Below the pieces are notes generated by a model. The model saw only the letters and a list, made by a program, of their open reading frames with translations, made no database searches and was not told the origin of the DNA. DNA of 30,107 bases from Acidimicrobiia bacterium (GTDB lineage: Bacteria; Actinomycetota; Acidimicrobiia; Spongiisociales; UBA5794): positions 1 through 30,107 of the forward strand of contig JACDBE010000061.1 in the NCBI GenBank assembly GCA_013695075.1, written 5' to 3'. A program made the translations under genes and the position numbers. Positions within the stretch are counted from its first letter, which is position 1; the number at the start of each line of letters is the position of its first letter. Positions 29,609 through 30,107 of this stretch are shown piece by piece.

Positions 29609-29918
29609 TGCTGCTCTCTCCCTCGCCGGAGCCCGCCGGGGCGGGCACACAGCAAGATGGCCGTGCTTCCTGAGCAACGTACGGACCGGCCGCCAATCCG
29701 GCATCGGCCGTACCACCCAATCCGGCTCCGCCGCCGGCTGGGTGATTCCACCCACGCCGGTCAGATCAGATCGTGCTCGCGGGCGCACGCGGCCCGGCGT
29801 GCGTTGCGGCCCTGAGAATCGAGACCGAGATCGACTCACCGTACGTGGGGTGAGGAGACCGAGGGATGGAGGCGGGGCGACCGTTGCTGTTGGCTCTTCG
29901 GCTGACGGCTCATCGCGG

Positions 29919-29973
29919 TGCGGTTGGGGGCCCCAGCCCCAACCGCAGGAGCTGCGCTATTCGCACCGCTCCT
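29919..29973. repeat. Two adjacent GC-rich stem-loops (REP-like) upstream of the nucleotidase
   Basis: TGCGGTTGGGG (29919-29929) pairs with CCCCAACCGCA (29937-29947); AGGAGC-TGCG (from 29947) pairs with CGCA..GCTCCT (to 29973). Confidence 0.55.
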
Positions 29974-29984
29974 AACCTTCGGCG

Positions 29985-30107
29985 ATGCGTCTCGGCATCG
30001 ATCTCGACGGGGTGGTGGCCGACTTCAACACCGGTTGGATCACCCGGTACAACGCCGAGTTCGCCGCCGATGTCGCCTTCGATGCGGTTCGGTCGTGGGA
30101 CGCCATC
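29985..30107 (+). CDS. HAD-family 5'(3')-deoxyribonucleotidase-like protein, N-terminal part only
   Basis: Not in the ORF track: MRLGIDLDGVVADFNTGWITRYNAEFAADVAFDAVRSWDAI; HAD motif I DLDGV; TAACCT 6 nt before ATG. Confidence 0.75.
   Translation, partial: MRLGIDLDGVVADFNTGWITRYNAEFAADVAFDAVRSWDAI

Noticed and set aside
29609-29720. Track start of the monooxygenase at 29720 with a Cys-Cys-containing leader
   Set aside because: No SD, low-complexity translation; a better SD-ATG at 29608 explains the gene with one indel.
29621-29900. Possible regulator remnant upstream of the monooxygenase
   Set aside because: No frame gave a recognisable HTH or other motif.

Overview
High-GC actinobacterial chromosomal DNA, probably Acidimicrobiia (inferred from the actinobacterial-type serC, a perfect TCGAAC-N4-GTTCGA LexA box, DUF4032 and many apparently leaderless genes). 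It holds about 33 genes or gene remnants, mostly housekeeping and small accessory enzymes: serC, an aspartate aminotransferase, rfbB, ltaE, a ThDP enzyme, a fused ABC exporter, LexA-boxed dnaE2, a GT2 plus sulfotransferase pair, and two convergent type II toxin-antitoxin modules (RHH-VapC and RHH-MazF). I see no rRNA, tRNA, CRISPR array, integrase or transposase. The best leads are: (1) a single-ORF fusion of type II dehydroquinase (AroQ) to an intact alpha/beta-hydrolase; (2) an iodotyrosine deiodinase-like flavoprotein; (3) a LipL-type (YCPG) lipoyl-relay amidotransferase homologue in an actinobacterium; (4) a 51-bp palindrome-containing element in two direct copies 5.4 kb apart; (5) a heme-peroxidase gene collapsed to 328 bp that keeps its SD, start and probable stop; (6) twelve start codons with a TANNNT hexamer exactly 6 nt upstream. 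Several single-base indels in short G/C runs could be real decay or assembly error; the sequence alone cannot decide. All family assignments come from motif recognition, not database searches. I found no clear new multi-gene system; the AroQ-hydrolase fusion and the dispersed repeat are the strongest candidates for undescribed biology.
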